A DNA stretch of 64,000 bases, taken from contig OZ244207.1 of the NCBI GenBank assembly GCA_965216875.1, positions 640,001 to 704,000 of the forward strand. The letters are read 5' to 3'. Positions 17,935-27,999 of the stretch are shown in pieces. The notes under the pieces were generated by a model that ran no database searches, had not been told where the DNA came from, and saw only the letters and a list, made by a program, of their open reading frames with translations. Origin of the DNA: Rubripirellula sp. (GTDB lineage: Bacteria > Planctomycetota > Planctomycetia > Pirellulales > Pirellulaceae). The position numbers and the translations under genes were made by a program. The number at the start of each line of letters is the position of its first letter. Position 1 is the stretch's first letter.

Positions 17935-18159
17935 GCAAAACGGCTTTGTTGTAGGGAAACGTGTGACACACGGGTCAGGTAAAAACGTTTCCAGCTTCCT
18001 TGCCGGTCATGGCACTCTTCGTGAGGCCTTGTTGGTTGGATTCCGCCAAATCCGATTGGTTGCGATCGGTCGCCTTTGCGTGGGAGGGTGACGACAAAGG
18101 CGACCGATCGCCAGCGTCCGCGGGAAGTTTTCGTGGCTGCGGACGCCGCGAGTGAACGA

Positions 18160-18456
18160 TCATTCGCCTCGGTATTTCGGGATCGAAAAGGCGTGCAGCG
18201 TGATCACCGCTCCAACGGCAAGCATCGCCAACCCAAGCCAACGCGGTGGGCGTACACGCTTCTTGGGGTTGGGGTACACAAACGAGATCATCGATCCAAC
18301 TCCGGAGTTGTCCGCCACCGGACCACTCTTGGTGACGCGGGCAAGCGTCTCGGTCGCACGTTCGTTGAGCACAAACGATTCAACCATTCGGAATTGGAGC
18401 CCCAGCAGGATCAACAAAATCCCGACGAGGAAATAGCGATTGCGATACATGGACAT
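18160..18456 (-). CDS. Small two-TM membrane protein
   Basis: Two hydrophobic segments in a 98-aa ORF. Confidence 0.65.
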   Translation of the reverse strand: MSMYRNRYFLVGILLILLGLQFRMVESFVLNERATETLARVTKSGPVADNSGVGSMISFVYPNPKKRVRPPRWLGLAMLAVGAVITLHAFSIPKYRGE

Positions 18457-18685
18457 GGGATCGACCCTCTGACTCTGCTACGAGCAACCTGTCGGATGCT
18501 TCGATTACCGGTGTAACAGTAGGCATCGACCCGATCACCGCACCATCTGGAAGACATCCGAGAGGTGATGGGTGAATCCAAACACGCCGGTCGTTTCTCA
18601 GCGAACGGTTTTGAGGGCAGTGCCGGATGTTCGAAGTGACAGTGGTTTGGTTTGGAGGGTGAAACCACGAATCGAACGGATGACA

Positions 18686-18945
18686 CGAATGAAGAGGTGT
18701 GGTTGGTGCCGCGGAGCGGCGAGGAGGGTGTTACCACGGGGACCGTGGGAACAAGGTTCGGGATCGAAGGGATCGCGCGAATGAAGAGGATTGGTTCGTG
18801 CCGCGGAGCGGCGAATAGGGTGTTGCCACGGGGACCGTGGGAACAAGGTTGGGGTTGGGAGGGATCGCGCGAATGAAGAGGTTTGGTTGTGCCGCGGAGC
18901 GGCGAGAAGTGTGTTGCCACGGGGACCGTGGGAACAAGGTTTGGG
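18686..18945. repeat. Three ~92-bp tandem REP-like units
   Basis: cgaatgaagagg...gtgccgcggagcggcga...ccacggggaccgtgggaacaaggtt repeated at ~18686, 18778 and 18870. Confidence 0.8.
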
Positions 18946-18972
18946 ATGGGAGGGAGCGTGGGAGGATGCGTG

Positions 18973-19260
18973 TTATTGAAAGAGGTCGTCGACGAGGCCT
19001 CGCATTGAATCGCGGAAGCTTGCCAGTGACGCGTCTTCGAGGATTTCAGATTGATCGCTCTTCATGATCGCGGCCGCAAGCGGCTTGTGCTGCTGCCAGT
19101 CACTGAGATTGTATTGGCGAACGTCGACGTACACGTCTTTCAAGTTGTTGGAAACCTTAGGCACAAGCGATGTGCCGTTGTTGGTGCGCACGATGTGGTA
19201 ATGCATCGCGATGTACAACATGAACGCGCCGCAAAGCATCCCTGCAATAAACTGTTTCAT
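18973..19260 (-). CDS. Hypothetical protein with N-terminal TM segment
   Basis: 95-aa ORF MKQFIAGMLCGAFMLYIAMHYHIV. Confidence 0.7.
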   Translation of the reverse strand: MKQFIAGMLCGAFMLYIAMHYHIVRTNNGTSLVPKVSNNLKDVYVDVRQYNLSDWQQHKPLAAAIMKSDQSEILEDASLASFRDSMRGLVDDLFQ

Positions 19261-19420
19261 AACGTCGTTTCACATTCGTGAGCGTTGAAAAACCTGTCAG
19301 TCCGTTTGTAGTGGGCAACGACCGCCTGAGACAAGAGAAGGATCGCCGCTGCAGAGGAGTTCGCGTGAGCCGACGTCAAATGCCGCATCGGTGAATTGCG
19401 CGTGGTGCTGAAGAGCGCGT

Positions 19421-19745
19421 GGTTGAGAAAGGGTTGAGAAAGGGTTGAGAAGGGAGGAAGTGGGTGGGGCGGAAGGGGAAGGGGTGGATGGCCACGAAAA
19501 ACGCGAAGAGCCACGAAATGGAAAGAAGGTGGTTGGGTGGAATCGGGGACTCGTGGCCTCGTCCACTACTGAAGAGGTGGGGTGAAAGGGGGAAGGGGGA
19601 TGGCCATGAAAAGCACGAAGAGTCACGAAAAGAAAGGAGGGTGGTTGGGTGAAATCGGGGACTCGTGGCCTCGTCCACTACTGAAGAGGGTGGGCGGTTG
19701 GGAGGTGGTTGAGCGCGTGGGGACTCGTGGCCTCGTCCACTACGG
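19421..19745. repeat. Intergenic repeats: ggttgagaaag x3 and GTAG-type REP ggactcgtggcctcgtccactac x3
   Basis: Direct reading; same REP family as 56872-56924. Confidence 0.8.
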
Positions 19746-19762
19746 GGGTGTTGGACGACGTG

Positions 19763-20257
19763 TTATTGGGTTCGCAGTTGGCGTTGGTGTTCGTAGAGGA
19801 GGATGCCGGCGGTGGTGGCGAGGTTGAGACTTCGGACTTCGGGTTGCATCGGCAACCGGAGCGCTCGCGGGTCGCTGGGGTCGAGGATTGATTCGGGCAA
19901 GCCGGATGTTTCGCGGCCAAAGACGAATACATCACCCTGTTGAAAGTCGGCGTCCCAGACTTCGCGTTTGGCGAACTTGGAAAGAAAGTAAAACCGTTTG
20001 CCGGAGAGTTTTTCAGTCAGCTCTTCCCAATTCTTGGTGTCTTCGAACTGCAGATGTTGCCAGTAATCGAGGCCGGCGCGACGCAGTTTGGCGTCGTCAA
20101 GCTGGAAGGAGGCTGGTCGCACGATCCAAAGTTTGGCCCCCACCGCGACACAGGTGCGTCCGATGTTGCCCGTGTTTTGGGGGATCTCGGGCTGATACAG
20201 CACAACGTGTGCTGTTGGTTCGGTTTGGTCCGGCTGGGGGTGATTTGTCTGCGACAT
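19763..20257 (-). CDS. trmL: tRNA (cytidine/uridine-34 2'-O)-methyltransferase, SPOUT family
   Basis: VVLYQPEIPQNTGNIGRTC, RRAGLDYW, FGRETSGLP and RSLNLA. Confidence 0.92.
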   Translation of the reverse strand: MSQTNHPQPDQTEPTAHVVLYQPEIPQNTGNIGRTCVAVGAKLWIVRPASFQLDDAKLRRAGLDYWQHLQFEDTKNWEELTEKLSGKRFYFLSKFAKREVWDADFQQGDVFVFGRETSGLPESILDPSDPRALRLPMQPEVRSLNLATTAGILLYEHQRQLRTQ

Positions 20258-20456
20258 GGCTGCGATTTTAGGAATTACAATCGTGACCACCACCCGCAGT
20301 GGGTTGCGAGGGCGATGTGTGGCGTGACAAACTGTCGCCCAACTCCAGGCCCCTATTCATCAATGCGGACGATTCTTCAGTCGGTGACTGTAGCCTGCTG
20401 ACGAACAACAGGCCCTATTCGATCGTCCTCGGACAGTTCAGCGAAGATTCTATTTC

Positions 20457-21152
20457 ATGCCGATTCAAGTCACCTGTGCGAATTGTCTGAAGCGGTTTCA
20501 AGTCAGCGATAAATTTGCCGGCAAGACGGGGGCATGCCCGAACTGCAAAAAGGAAATCAAGGTTCCTGATGCGTCGGAACAGGTTGTCATCCACGCGCCC
20601 GACGACGGCGCTCCGAAAGATCGCGACGGCCGCAGTGTCCTCAAGCCGCTCGAGCGCAAGGAAACCGATGTCACTCGAAAGGGCCTGCTGCTGACCGGCG
20701 GTGCGATCCTTGCTGCGTTCGGGATTGCCGCTGGGTTTCGATTCGCGGGCGATGGCACCGGAGCCCCACTTTGGTCTCAAATCATTGGCTTGATCCTGAT
20801 GGCGCCGCCATTGGTGTGGGCCGGTTACACCTTCGCGCGTGAACAAGAACTCGAAGCCTTTACCGGCAGCGAACTGAGAATGCGCGTGTTGATCGTGTCG
20901 GCAATCTTCGCGGCACTCTGGTTGATCTACGCTTTCGTGCCAGCCTACGTCTTCGAACTCAACGCCGCCAATGAGATGTCGTTCATGGTCTTTGGCGTCA
21001 CGGTTGCGATCATGATCGGGATCGGCGCGTTTGCTTCTGCTGGTACGTTTGAGCTTGAGTTCACCGGCGGACTGGTCCTCTCAGGACTCTACTACATTGC
21101 GACGATCGTCCTTGCGGTAACCGCTGGCGTGAGTCTTGCCGTGCTGGAGTAG
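20457..21152 (+). CDS. Zinc-ribbon membrane protein
   Basis: N-terminal CxxC...CPxC followed by ~5 TM segments. Confidence 0.8.
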   Translation: MPIQVTCANCLKRFQVSDKFAGKTGACPNCKKEIKVPDASEQVVIHAPDDGAPKDRDGRSVLKPLERKETDVTRKGLLLTGGAILAAFGIAAGFRFAGDGTGAPLWSQIIGLILMAPPLVWAGYTFAREQELEAFTGSELRMRVLIVSAIFAALWLIYAFVPAYVFELNAANEMSFMVFGVTVAIMIGIGAFASAGTFELEFTGGLVLSGLYYIATIVLAVTAGVSLAVLE

Positions 21153-21330
21153 CGGCGGCGATTCGAATAGGCTTGTCGGCAAAGAAATGGACTGAGTTTG
21201 TGATTTGCTTGGCTGGTGATTGTCCGTCGCAATCGAGTTTGCGAGTAGACGGGGTGATCGAGTGGGCAGGGTCATCGTTGGGCGGGTTGATCGAGCTTGG
21301 TGTTTGAGTAGGGAAAGTCGAACCGGAATC

Positions 21331-22707
21331 ATGCTACCTGAAGTTGCCGCACTGTTTTCGTTGGGATCTTTGGACAAGTCGGAAGGTCCCGCGTCGCTGG
21401 TGCGAATCCCACCTGAAAATGACGTGCCGATGACTCCGCGGATTCGGCGTTTGATCGACACTCCACCGATGAGACGCTTGGCATCGATCAGCCAGCTTGG
21501 GATGGTCGCGCTTGTTTATCCCGGAGCGACCCATTCACGGCTCGAGCATACTTTGGGCGTTTACCACAACGCGCTGCGTCTGTTGGCACGGTTGTCCAAA
21601 GATGATGCGTTCACTGCGGTGGTTGACCGTCGCGCCGCAGAAGCCTTTGTCTTGGCCGCGCTGCTACACGATGTCGGACACTGGCCGTTTTGCCACCCGA
21701 TCGAAGACATGTGCCTCGATCAACTGGGCGAACACGAAGCGCGCGTCGCCGGATGGCTGGAACAGAGCGAGCTTGCTGAGTGCATCGAAGAGGATTGGGA
21801 GTGCGACCAAACGGATGTGTTGACGCTGCTGGGAGTCGGCCCGGAGAGTGATTTCAATACGGACCAAGCTTCCGCGCTACTGGCGAGTTGTTTGAGTGGT
21901 CCGATCGATGTCGACAAGATCGACTACTTGCAACGCGACAGCCTGCATGCCGGCGTTCCCTACGGACGAAACTTTGACGTCGGCCGGTTGATCAATTCGA
22001 TGTGCGTGCACCCGAACAAACCTCAGTTGGCGGTCGGCGAAAAGGGCCGCACTGCCGCGGAGATGATGGTCTTTTCACGCTACATCATGTTCAGCGAAGT
22101 TTATTGGCATCACAGCGTGCGGGCAGCAACCGCAATGCTGCAGCGGGCTGTGTTTCTTTTGCAACATCGCATCGATATCGAAGCATCCTTGCGACTCGAT
22201 GACGCGGCATGGATTTCCATGATCCGCAGGATGGCCGAAGGAAGTGTCGCCGAACCGTTGGTCGAAGGCATTTTTGGGCCCAAGCGTCAGCTCTACAAAC
22301 GGGTCGCCGAATACAACGTGATCGACGGCGGCGAAATCCACGCCAAGCTCGCTCGACGTCCCTATTGGTGGTTGGTCGCTTGCGCCGAAAAACTCGCTGG
22401 CCAACTTTCTCGAGCCAGCGGCGTGATGGTCAGTCCGGCCGACGTTTTGATCGATGCCCCCCCGGTCAAGCTGGAAGTCGACATTAACATCGACGTGGTC
22501 GGTCGAAAGAGTGATGTCGCAACGGTACACTCGCTGGAAGCGGTCTCGCCGGTCGCCTCGGCGTTGGCGAAGACCCAATTTGATGACCAAGTGAAACGTG
22601 TTCGCGTTTTTGTTCGCCAAGAACTGCGAAGCGAACTCGATGGCCGCGTCGATTGGCATGCCGTTGTCAACGATTCGGTGGCCGAAGCGGAAAGTGACAT
22701 CGCATGA
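21331..22707 (+). CDS. HD-domain phosphohydrolase (dNTP triphosphohydrolase-like)
   Basis: HSRLEHTLG, LLHDVGHWPFCH and DVDKIDYLQRD. Confidence 0.88.
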   Translation: MLPEVAALFSLGSLDKSEGPASLVRIPPENDVPMTPRIRRLIDTPPMRRLASISQLGMVALVYPGATHSRLEHTLGVYHNALRLLARLSKDDAFTAVVDRRAAEAFVLAALLHDVGHWPFCHPIEDMCLDQLGEHEARVAGWLEQSELAECIEEDWECDQTDVLTLLGVGPESDFNTDQASALLASCLSGPIDVDKIDYLQRDSLHAGVPYGRNFDVGRLINSMCVHPNKPQLAVGEKGRTAAEMMVFSRYIMFSEVYWHHSVRAATAMLQRAVFLLQHRIDIEASLRLDDAAWISMIRRMAEGSVAEPLVEGIFGPKRQLYKRVAEYNVIDGGEIHAKLARRPYWWLVACAEKLAGQLSRASGVMVSPADVLIDAPPVKLEVDINIDVVGRKSDVATVHSLEAVSPVASALAKTQFDDQVKRVRVFVRQELRSELDGRVDWHAVVNDSVAEAESDIA

Positions 22708-23474
22708 CGACGGAACCGACGCAAATGCAGAAATGCCAACCTACGATTGTGGTTTGCGAAACCGCGGCCGAGGCTTCCGGCAAAGTCGCCGGAATGATCG
22801 CCGACGTGATTCGCAGTAAACCGCACCCGGTGCTTGGTCTGGCCACTGGCGGCACCCCCGTCCAGACCTACGCCGAGTTGGTACGGATGCACCGTGAGGA
22901 AGGGCTCGACTTTTCGGAGACCTCGACCTTTAACCTCGACGAGTACATTGGCCTGGCGCCCGAGCATCACCAAAGCTATCGCCAATTCATGCAGGGGCAG
23001 CTGTTTGACCACGTCAACATCGACGTCAGTCGAACGCATGTGCCCAATGGACTCGCGAGTGACCCGTTGGCGCACGCGGTTGAATACGAGGGTTTAATTT
23101 CCGCAGCGGGCGGCATTGATTTGCAACTGTTGGGGATTGGCCACAACGGTCACATCGCCTTCAACGAACCGGGATCGCCGATCGATTGTCGCACGCGTGT
23201 TGTCGACCTTGCTCAGCAAACGATCGACAAGAATGCGCGTTTCTTCGAATCGGCCGACGATGTGCCGAGGTCGGCGATCACGATGGGCATTGGCACGATC
23301 CTCGAAGCCAAACGTATCGTCTTGTTAGCGTGTGGCGAGGGGAAAGCGGAAGCGATCTATCGCACGATCGAACAACCGCCGACGGAAGATCACCCGGCAT
23401 CTCTTCTTCAGCACCATGGTGCTGTCACGATCGTTGTCGACGCACCAGCGGCAGCCAAACTTGCCTTGCAATAA
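22704..23474 (+). CDS. nagB: Glucosamine-6-phosphate deaminase
   Basis: LGLATGGTP, FNLDEY and LGIGHNGHIAFNEPG. Confidence 0.95.
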   Translation: MTTEPTQMQKCQPTIVVCETAAEASGKVAGMIADVIRSKPHPVLGLATGGTPVQTYAELVRMHREEGLDFSETSTFNLDEYIGLAPEHHQSYRQFMQGQLFDHVNIDVSRTHVPNGLASDPLAHAVEYEGLISAAGGIDLQLLGIGHNGHIAFNEPGSPIDCRTRVVDLAQQTIDKNARFFESADDVPRSAITMGIGTILEAKRIVLLACGEGKAEAIYRTIEQPPTEDHPASLLQHHGAVTIVVDAPAAAKLALQ

Positions 23475-24551
23475 TAATGCCGTTGTAAGTGCGGGTCACT
23501 TTGACGGCCTACGCTTAAACAGAGAGACAATCTGACGGCGCGGTCCGTCGATCAAGGGAGAAGCCGCTTGCGCGGTGATCACTCATCGCGTCAGATTGCA
23601 AGAATCTACTCGCGTGCTGAAGACGCGTTACATCGAGAAGGGTGCACAGGGCGGTTGTTCGCAATTAACGGCTGCGAAGATGATTCATCCTGTGTTTCCC
23701 TCTCGGGGTAACGTGTTTGCAATGCGTGAGCCGCCGGCCGCGAAGGCCTCGGGCCTTTGCCGATGCGCAGTGAGTTCAATGCCCGGCCGCTTACGCGATC
23801 ACGGCTCAAATGAGTCGATGGGGCGTTGCGGTGAAGTAGAAACCGGTGGCTAGCGCCATACGGCTCATTGTTCGGGACGCTAGCGCGAGAGAGTTCCTGC
23901 GAGCGTTCGCGACCGGGCACGATCATGTACCCGGTCCGTGAGGTTTGTTGACAACTTTGAAACTCCTGTTTCGCCGCTGTCGACGGTTGTCAGCCCGTGG
24001 CCGCAAGCTGACTCCGCTAACCCCACGCAAGGCGAACTCGCGGAAGACGTGACCGCTGCCGAAACCGCCAGAAAGCGGTTATCCTTGGCAACGTAAGTTG
24101 ATTGCTGTCATAGACTTGCAATCAAATGGTCGCTGTTTTGTGAGGAGTCGAAAAAGGGCACGACCCCTTCAGAGCCGTGCCCGATCCATCGACAGCGTTA
24201 GGGTACGTTCTGGGCAGCAAGGGTCAACCGCAGATTTGTGAATTGACTGGCCGCCCGAGGGCCGTGTTGCGGTAAAACGTTGACCGGGAGCGGTTTAAAA
24301 AATTTGCCCTTTTTGGAGCCAAATCTCCTCCCCCCTCGCTGCCGCACCTCGCCCCCTACCGAAACACCCACGCAGAGGGGGTGCGACACGGTTGCCCAAC
24401 CCCCAATTTTTGCTCCGCGCGAGGGTACTCGCCGTCGACTGGCCGCGATACTCTAGGCCCTTTGCTAGCTTCGCAGAGCCCGCCAGGCCGCCTTCTGGCG
24501 AGGTCGCCGCAAGCCTCGGAAAATCAACGGAAGAACAAAAGGAATGTCCGG

Positions 24552-26033
24552 ATGGCCGACCCCGTGCATCTAGCGGTCGATTTGGGAGCGTCGAGCGGTC
24601 GCGTGATTGCGGGATCGGTTCAAGAGGGACGACTCGTTCTCGAAGAGGTGCATCGGTTTGCCAATGATCCGGTCCGCGTCCAAGACACAATGCAGTGGGA
24701 CCTGCTTTCGTTGTGGCGTGAGATCATCGAAGGCCTGCGAAAAGCAGCCAGCAAGTACGACGTGGTCGAGTCGGTCGGCGTGGATACTTGGGGTGTCGAT
24801 TATGTCTTGTTAGACAACCAAGACATTCAAGCCGGTCCCGCACGACATTACCGCGACGCACGGAATCGTGGCATGGTTGAAAAGGCTTTCGAGACCGTGC
24901 CGCGCAGCGAGATCTTCGACGCGACTGGTTTGCAGTTTATGGAGATCAACTCGCTGTACCAGTTGGTCGCCGCAGTGCAGCTGAAAGAAACCTCTTTGCA
25001 AACTGCCGATGCGTTTCTGATGATCGGCGACTTCTTTCATTGGTTGTTAACGGGGCGTCGCAGCATCGAAGCGACCAACGCTTCGACCACACAGTTGCTT
25101 GACCCACGCACGAAGCAGTGGTGTGACGATCTGTTCGAACGCTTTGGCATCCCGCGGAAGATTTTTTCGGACGTTGTGGAGCCGGGGACAACGCTCGGTC
25201 CTGTCCAACCTTCGGTTGCCTCGCAAACCGGTCTCGACAACGTCCCCGTGGTGATCCCGGCGACGCATGACACGGCATCCGCAGTGCTTGCTGTTCCCGC
25301 AGATGAGTTTGCGCCTCAGACACCATCGTGGTGTTACATCAGTTCGGGAACCTGGTCGTTGATGGGTTGTGAACTTGACCAACCGATGATCAACGACACC
25401 TGTTCCGAGCTGAACTTCACCAACGAAGGTGGTGTGTTTGGCAGCACACGGCTGCTCAAGAACATTGGCGGCCTGTGGGTCTTTCAACAGATCCGCAAAT
25501 CGATGCAGCGTCGTGGCAACGATGTTTCGTGGGACGAAATGGTCACCCAGGCGAAAGCGGCAACAGCGTTCGAGGTGTTGGTCAATCCTGACGATCCGCT
25601 TCTGGTTGCTCCCGATGACATGGTGGACGCCATCGACGAACTCGCCCAAAAGACGGGCCAGGCGAAACCGAGCGCCGAGGGAGTTTACTACCGCGCGGCG
25701 TTGGAAGGATTGGCTCTTCGCTACCGAGTGTGCTTGGGGATGCTCGAGTCCCTTGTCGGCGACCGGATCGAGACGATTCACATTGTTGGCGGCGGGTCAC
25801 TGAATCGCTTGCTTTGTCAAATGACCGCCGACGCGTGCAACCGAACGGTCGTTGCGGGTCCGGTGGAGGCGACGGCGATTGGCAACCTTGCGATGCAGTT
25901 GATTGGAGTCGGGAAACTCGACTCGGTGAACGAAGCGCGGAAATTGATCCGCGAATCGTTTGACGTCGAAACCTACACGCCTCGGGAAGCCGCAAGCTGG
26001 GACGAGCCCGCCGCGCGGTTTGCGGAGTTGTAG
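24552..26033 (+). CDS. rhaB: Rhamnulokinase (FGGY family)
   Basis: LAVDLGASSGRV, GVDTWGVDY, ATHDTASAV and ISSGTWSLMG. Confidence 0.88.
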   Translation: MADPVHLAVDLGASSGRVIAGSVQEGRLVLEEVHRFANDPVRVQDTMQWDLLSLWREIIEGLRKAASKYDVVESVGVDTWGVDYVLLDNQDIQAGPARHYRDARNRGMVEKAFETVPRSEIFDATGLQFMEINSLYQLVAAVQLKETSLQTADAFLMIGDFFHWLLTGRRSIEATNASTTQLLDPRTKQWCDDLFERFGIPRKIFSDVVEPGTTLGPVQPSVASQTGLDNVPVVIPATHDTASAVLAVPADEFAPQTPSWCYISSGTWSLMGCELDQPMINDTCSELNFTNEGGVFGSTRLLKNIGGLWVFQQIRKSMQRRGNDVSWDEMVTQAKAATAFEVLVNPDDPLLVAPDDMVDAIDELAQKTGQAKPSAEGVYYRAALEGLALRYRVCLGMLESLVGDRIETIHIVGGGSLNRLLCQMTADACNRTVVAGPVEATAIGNLAMQLIGVGKLDSVNEARKLIRESFDVETYTPREAASWDEPAARFAEL

Positions 26034-26172
26034 TGTTTTCGCCGCGATACATGGGGCTTTGGACGTTTGCCGCCGATTGACTCGGTCGGTTGCGTCGACT
26101 TTAACGCACCCTCCGCGCAGAGCCGGTTGCGTAGTAGATTTGCAGTTTCAATTCACGGGAGAAAAAGCCGCC

Positions 26173-26784
26173 ATGACCAGCACTGAAGTGCTTGCGCAAC
26201 GCAAGACAGAGATCCGCAAACAGGCTCACGCGGCACGCCGCGACCAGGCCGACAAAGACACCGTAAGCCAACAGATCACCGATCGTGTGATGGGGCTGGC
26301 CGAATACGAGTCGGCCGGCTGCGTGATGTGGTACGTCGATGTTCGCGACGAAGCACGAACGCGTCATGCCCTTCCGGCGACTTTGGAAAGTGGCAAGAAG
26401 ATCGTCATCCCGTACTGTGTCGATGGTGAACTTGAGCTCTTTCACCTCGAGTCGATGGAAGAACTCGAGACCGGTATGTACAAAATCCTCGAACCGCGTG
26501 CCGACTTGCGAGACGTCGAAAGCAAGCGAGTCGACGTCAAGGAACTCGACTTGATCCTTGTTCCCGGTGTGGCCTTCGACGATCGCGGTGGTCGCACGGG
26601 ACATGGCAAGGGTTACTACGACAAGTTGCTTGAAAACGCAAAAGCCGAAACGCCGCTTGTCTCGCTCGCGTTTGAATGCCAAATGTTTGATGAGATCCCG
26701 ATGCAGGATCACGACATCTTTATGGACAAAGTGGTGACCGAAGCTCGCGTGTACGACGGAATCGGTCGTAGCGAGTCGTTGTAA
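26173..26784 (+). CDS. 5-formyltetrahydrofolate cyclo-ligase family protein
   Basis: DLILVPGVAFDDRGGRTGHGKGYYDK. Confidence 0.9.
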   Translation: MTSTEVLAQRKTEIRKQAHAARRDQADKDTVSQQITDRVMGLAEYESAGCVMWYVDVRDEARTRHALPATLESGKKIVIPYCVDGELELFHLESMEELETGMYKILEPRADLRDVESKRVDVKELDLILVPGVAFDDRGGRTGHGKGYYDKLLENAKAETPLVSLAFECQMFDEIPMQDHDIFMDKVVTEARVYDGIGRSESL

Positions 26785-26803
26785 CCAACCAAGGGAGCCA
26801 TCG

Positions 26804-27742
26804 ATGGCGACGGGATCAATGGAAACTGAGTTGGGCGTGCTTGTCGATGACACCTACGCCGAGGGCTTTCGCAGCATCTATGGCGAGGTGTTGATCACGG
26901 CGCGCGATGAGCGATGGTTGATGCACTGTGTCAACGCAGTGACAGGACACGCGTCGAGCACCATTCTTTGTGACTGCGAAGCGGGTGTGGCTCAGTGGAT
27001 TAGCGCCGAGGCAGCCGCTGCCGGCGCGACACCAGATGGTCGCATCGGTGCGATCGTGCAATTCCACGTGCCAAGGTTTCTCAAGAACCGCCGCGAGCAT
27101 TTGGAAAAGGTCATGCTGGCTCGCCTTAGCCAAAACGTTTTGACTTGCCCGACCGCACGTTGTTTCAACCAAATCGACTCCGAAGACTACTTTAAACTTG
27201 GTCGCAAGATCGCGTTGTTTGGTGACCGACATCAGTTTCGTGATGTTCGTCACGGCGAACGTGGCTGGGTGGTACCGACGTTGGGCGGCGAGTTCTTTCT
27301 CTCGCGACGATTCGGTTTTCGCGATGGCGTGATGGGCGGGAACCTGTGGTTCTTTGGTCCTGACGAAGACACGGCACTTGATGCTGCCGAGCGAGCCGCC
27401 TTTGCAGCTGAAGGCACACCTGACGTGATCACCACCTTTCCGGGCGGCGTAGCCGCGAGCGGATCGAAAGCGGGCAGCAGCTACGACTTTTTGATCGCAG
27501 CGACCTATGCCGAGTTTTGTCCGACGCTCCGCGAGAAGCTGGGCGAGAAGTCAAAGTTGCCCGAAGGCGTTAACAGCGTGATGGAAATCATCATGAACGG
27601 GCGCGACCTCGATGCACTGAAAGAGGCGACTCGTCGCGCCATCCATGCCGCTGCCGAAACTCCAGGCTTGATCAAGATTAGCGCCGGCAATTACGGCGGA
27701 CGCCTCGGCAAGTCGTTGATTCACTTGCACGAGTTGATTTAG
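26804..27742 (+). CDS. fhcD: Formylmethanofuran--tetrahydromethanopterin formyltransferase (Ftr/FhcD)
   Basis: VDDTYAEGF, CDCEAG, TPDGR, LTCPT, GGNL, FPGG..SGSK and SAGNYGGRLG. Confidence 0.9.
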   Translation: MATGSMETELGVLVDDTYAEGFRSIYGEVLITARDERWLMHCVNAVTGHASSTILCDCEAGVAQWISAEAAAAGATPDGRIGAIVQFHVPRFLKNRREHLEKVMLARLSQNVLTCPTARCFNQIDSEDYFKLGRKIALFGDRHQFRDVRHGERGWVVPTLGGEFFLSRRFGFRDGVMGGNLWFFGPDEDTALDAAERAAFAAEGTPDVITTFPGGVAASGSKAGSSYDFLIAATYAEFCPTLREKLGEKSKLPEGVNSVMEIIMNGRDLDALKEATRRAIHAAAETPGLIKISAGNYGGRLGKSLIHLHELI

Positions 27743-27754
27743 TAGTCGCCAGAG

Positions 27755-27997
27755 TTCGTAGTACCGAGCTTTAGCTGGAATCTTCATGCATTCCGCCTGA
27801 CGGCGGGACTACGAACGGGATTCGCCCGAGCGTTGGATGATGGGCGTTGGATGATGGGCGTTGGATGATGGGCGTTGGATGATGGGACGGCAAACGAACA
27901 CGTTCCACCTTCTGGCGAATGTAGCTACGTTCGGCAGTGTTCGTAGTGCAGAGCTTTTGCCGGATCTGCGTCGCTGTCGCTCCTTGATCCGGCCTAC
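27755..27997. repeat. Mixed REP cluster including a 14-bp tandem repeat (gcgttggatgatgg x4, 27830-27885)
   Basis: GTAG REP pair at 27758-27812, GTAGCTAC-type copy at 27905-27929 and GTAGGCCGGATC-type copy at 27958-27997. Confidence 0.8.
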
Positions 27998-27999
27998 TT

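Noticed and set aside
21331..22707. Anti-phage dGTPase
   Set aside because: Coupled to nagB in core-genome context, so more likely a housekeeping HD hydrolase.
23475..24550. Protein-coding genes in the nagB-rhaB gap
   Set aside because: Only short motif-less ORFs overlapping REP-like palindromes.
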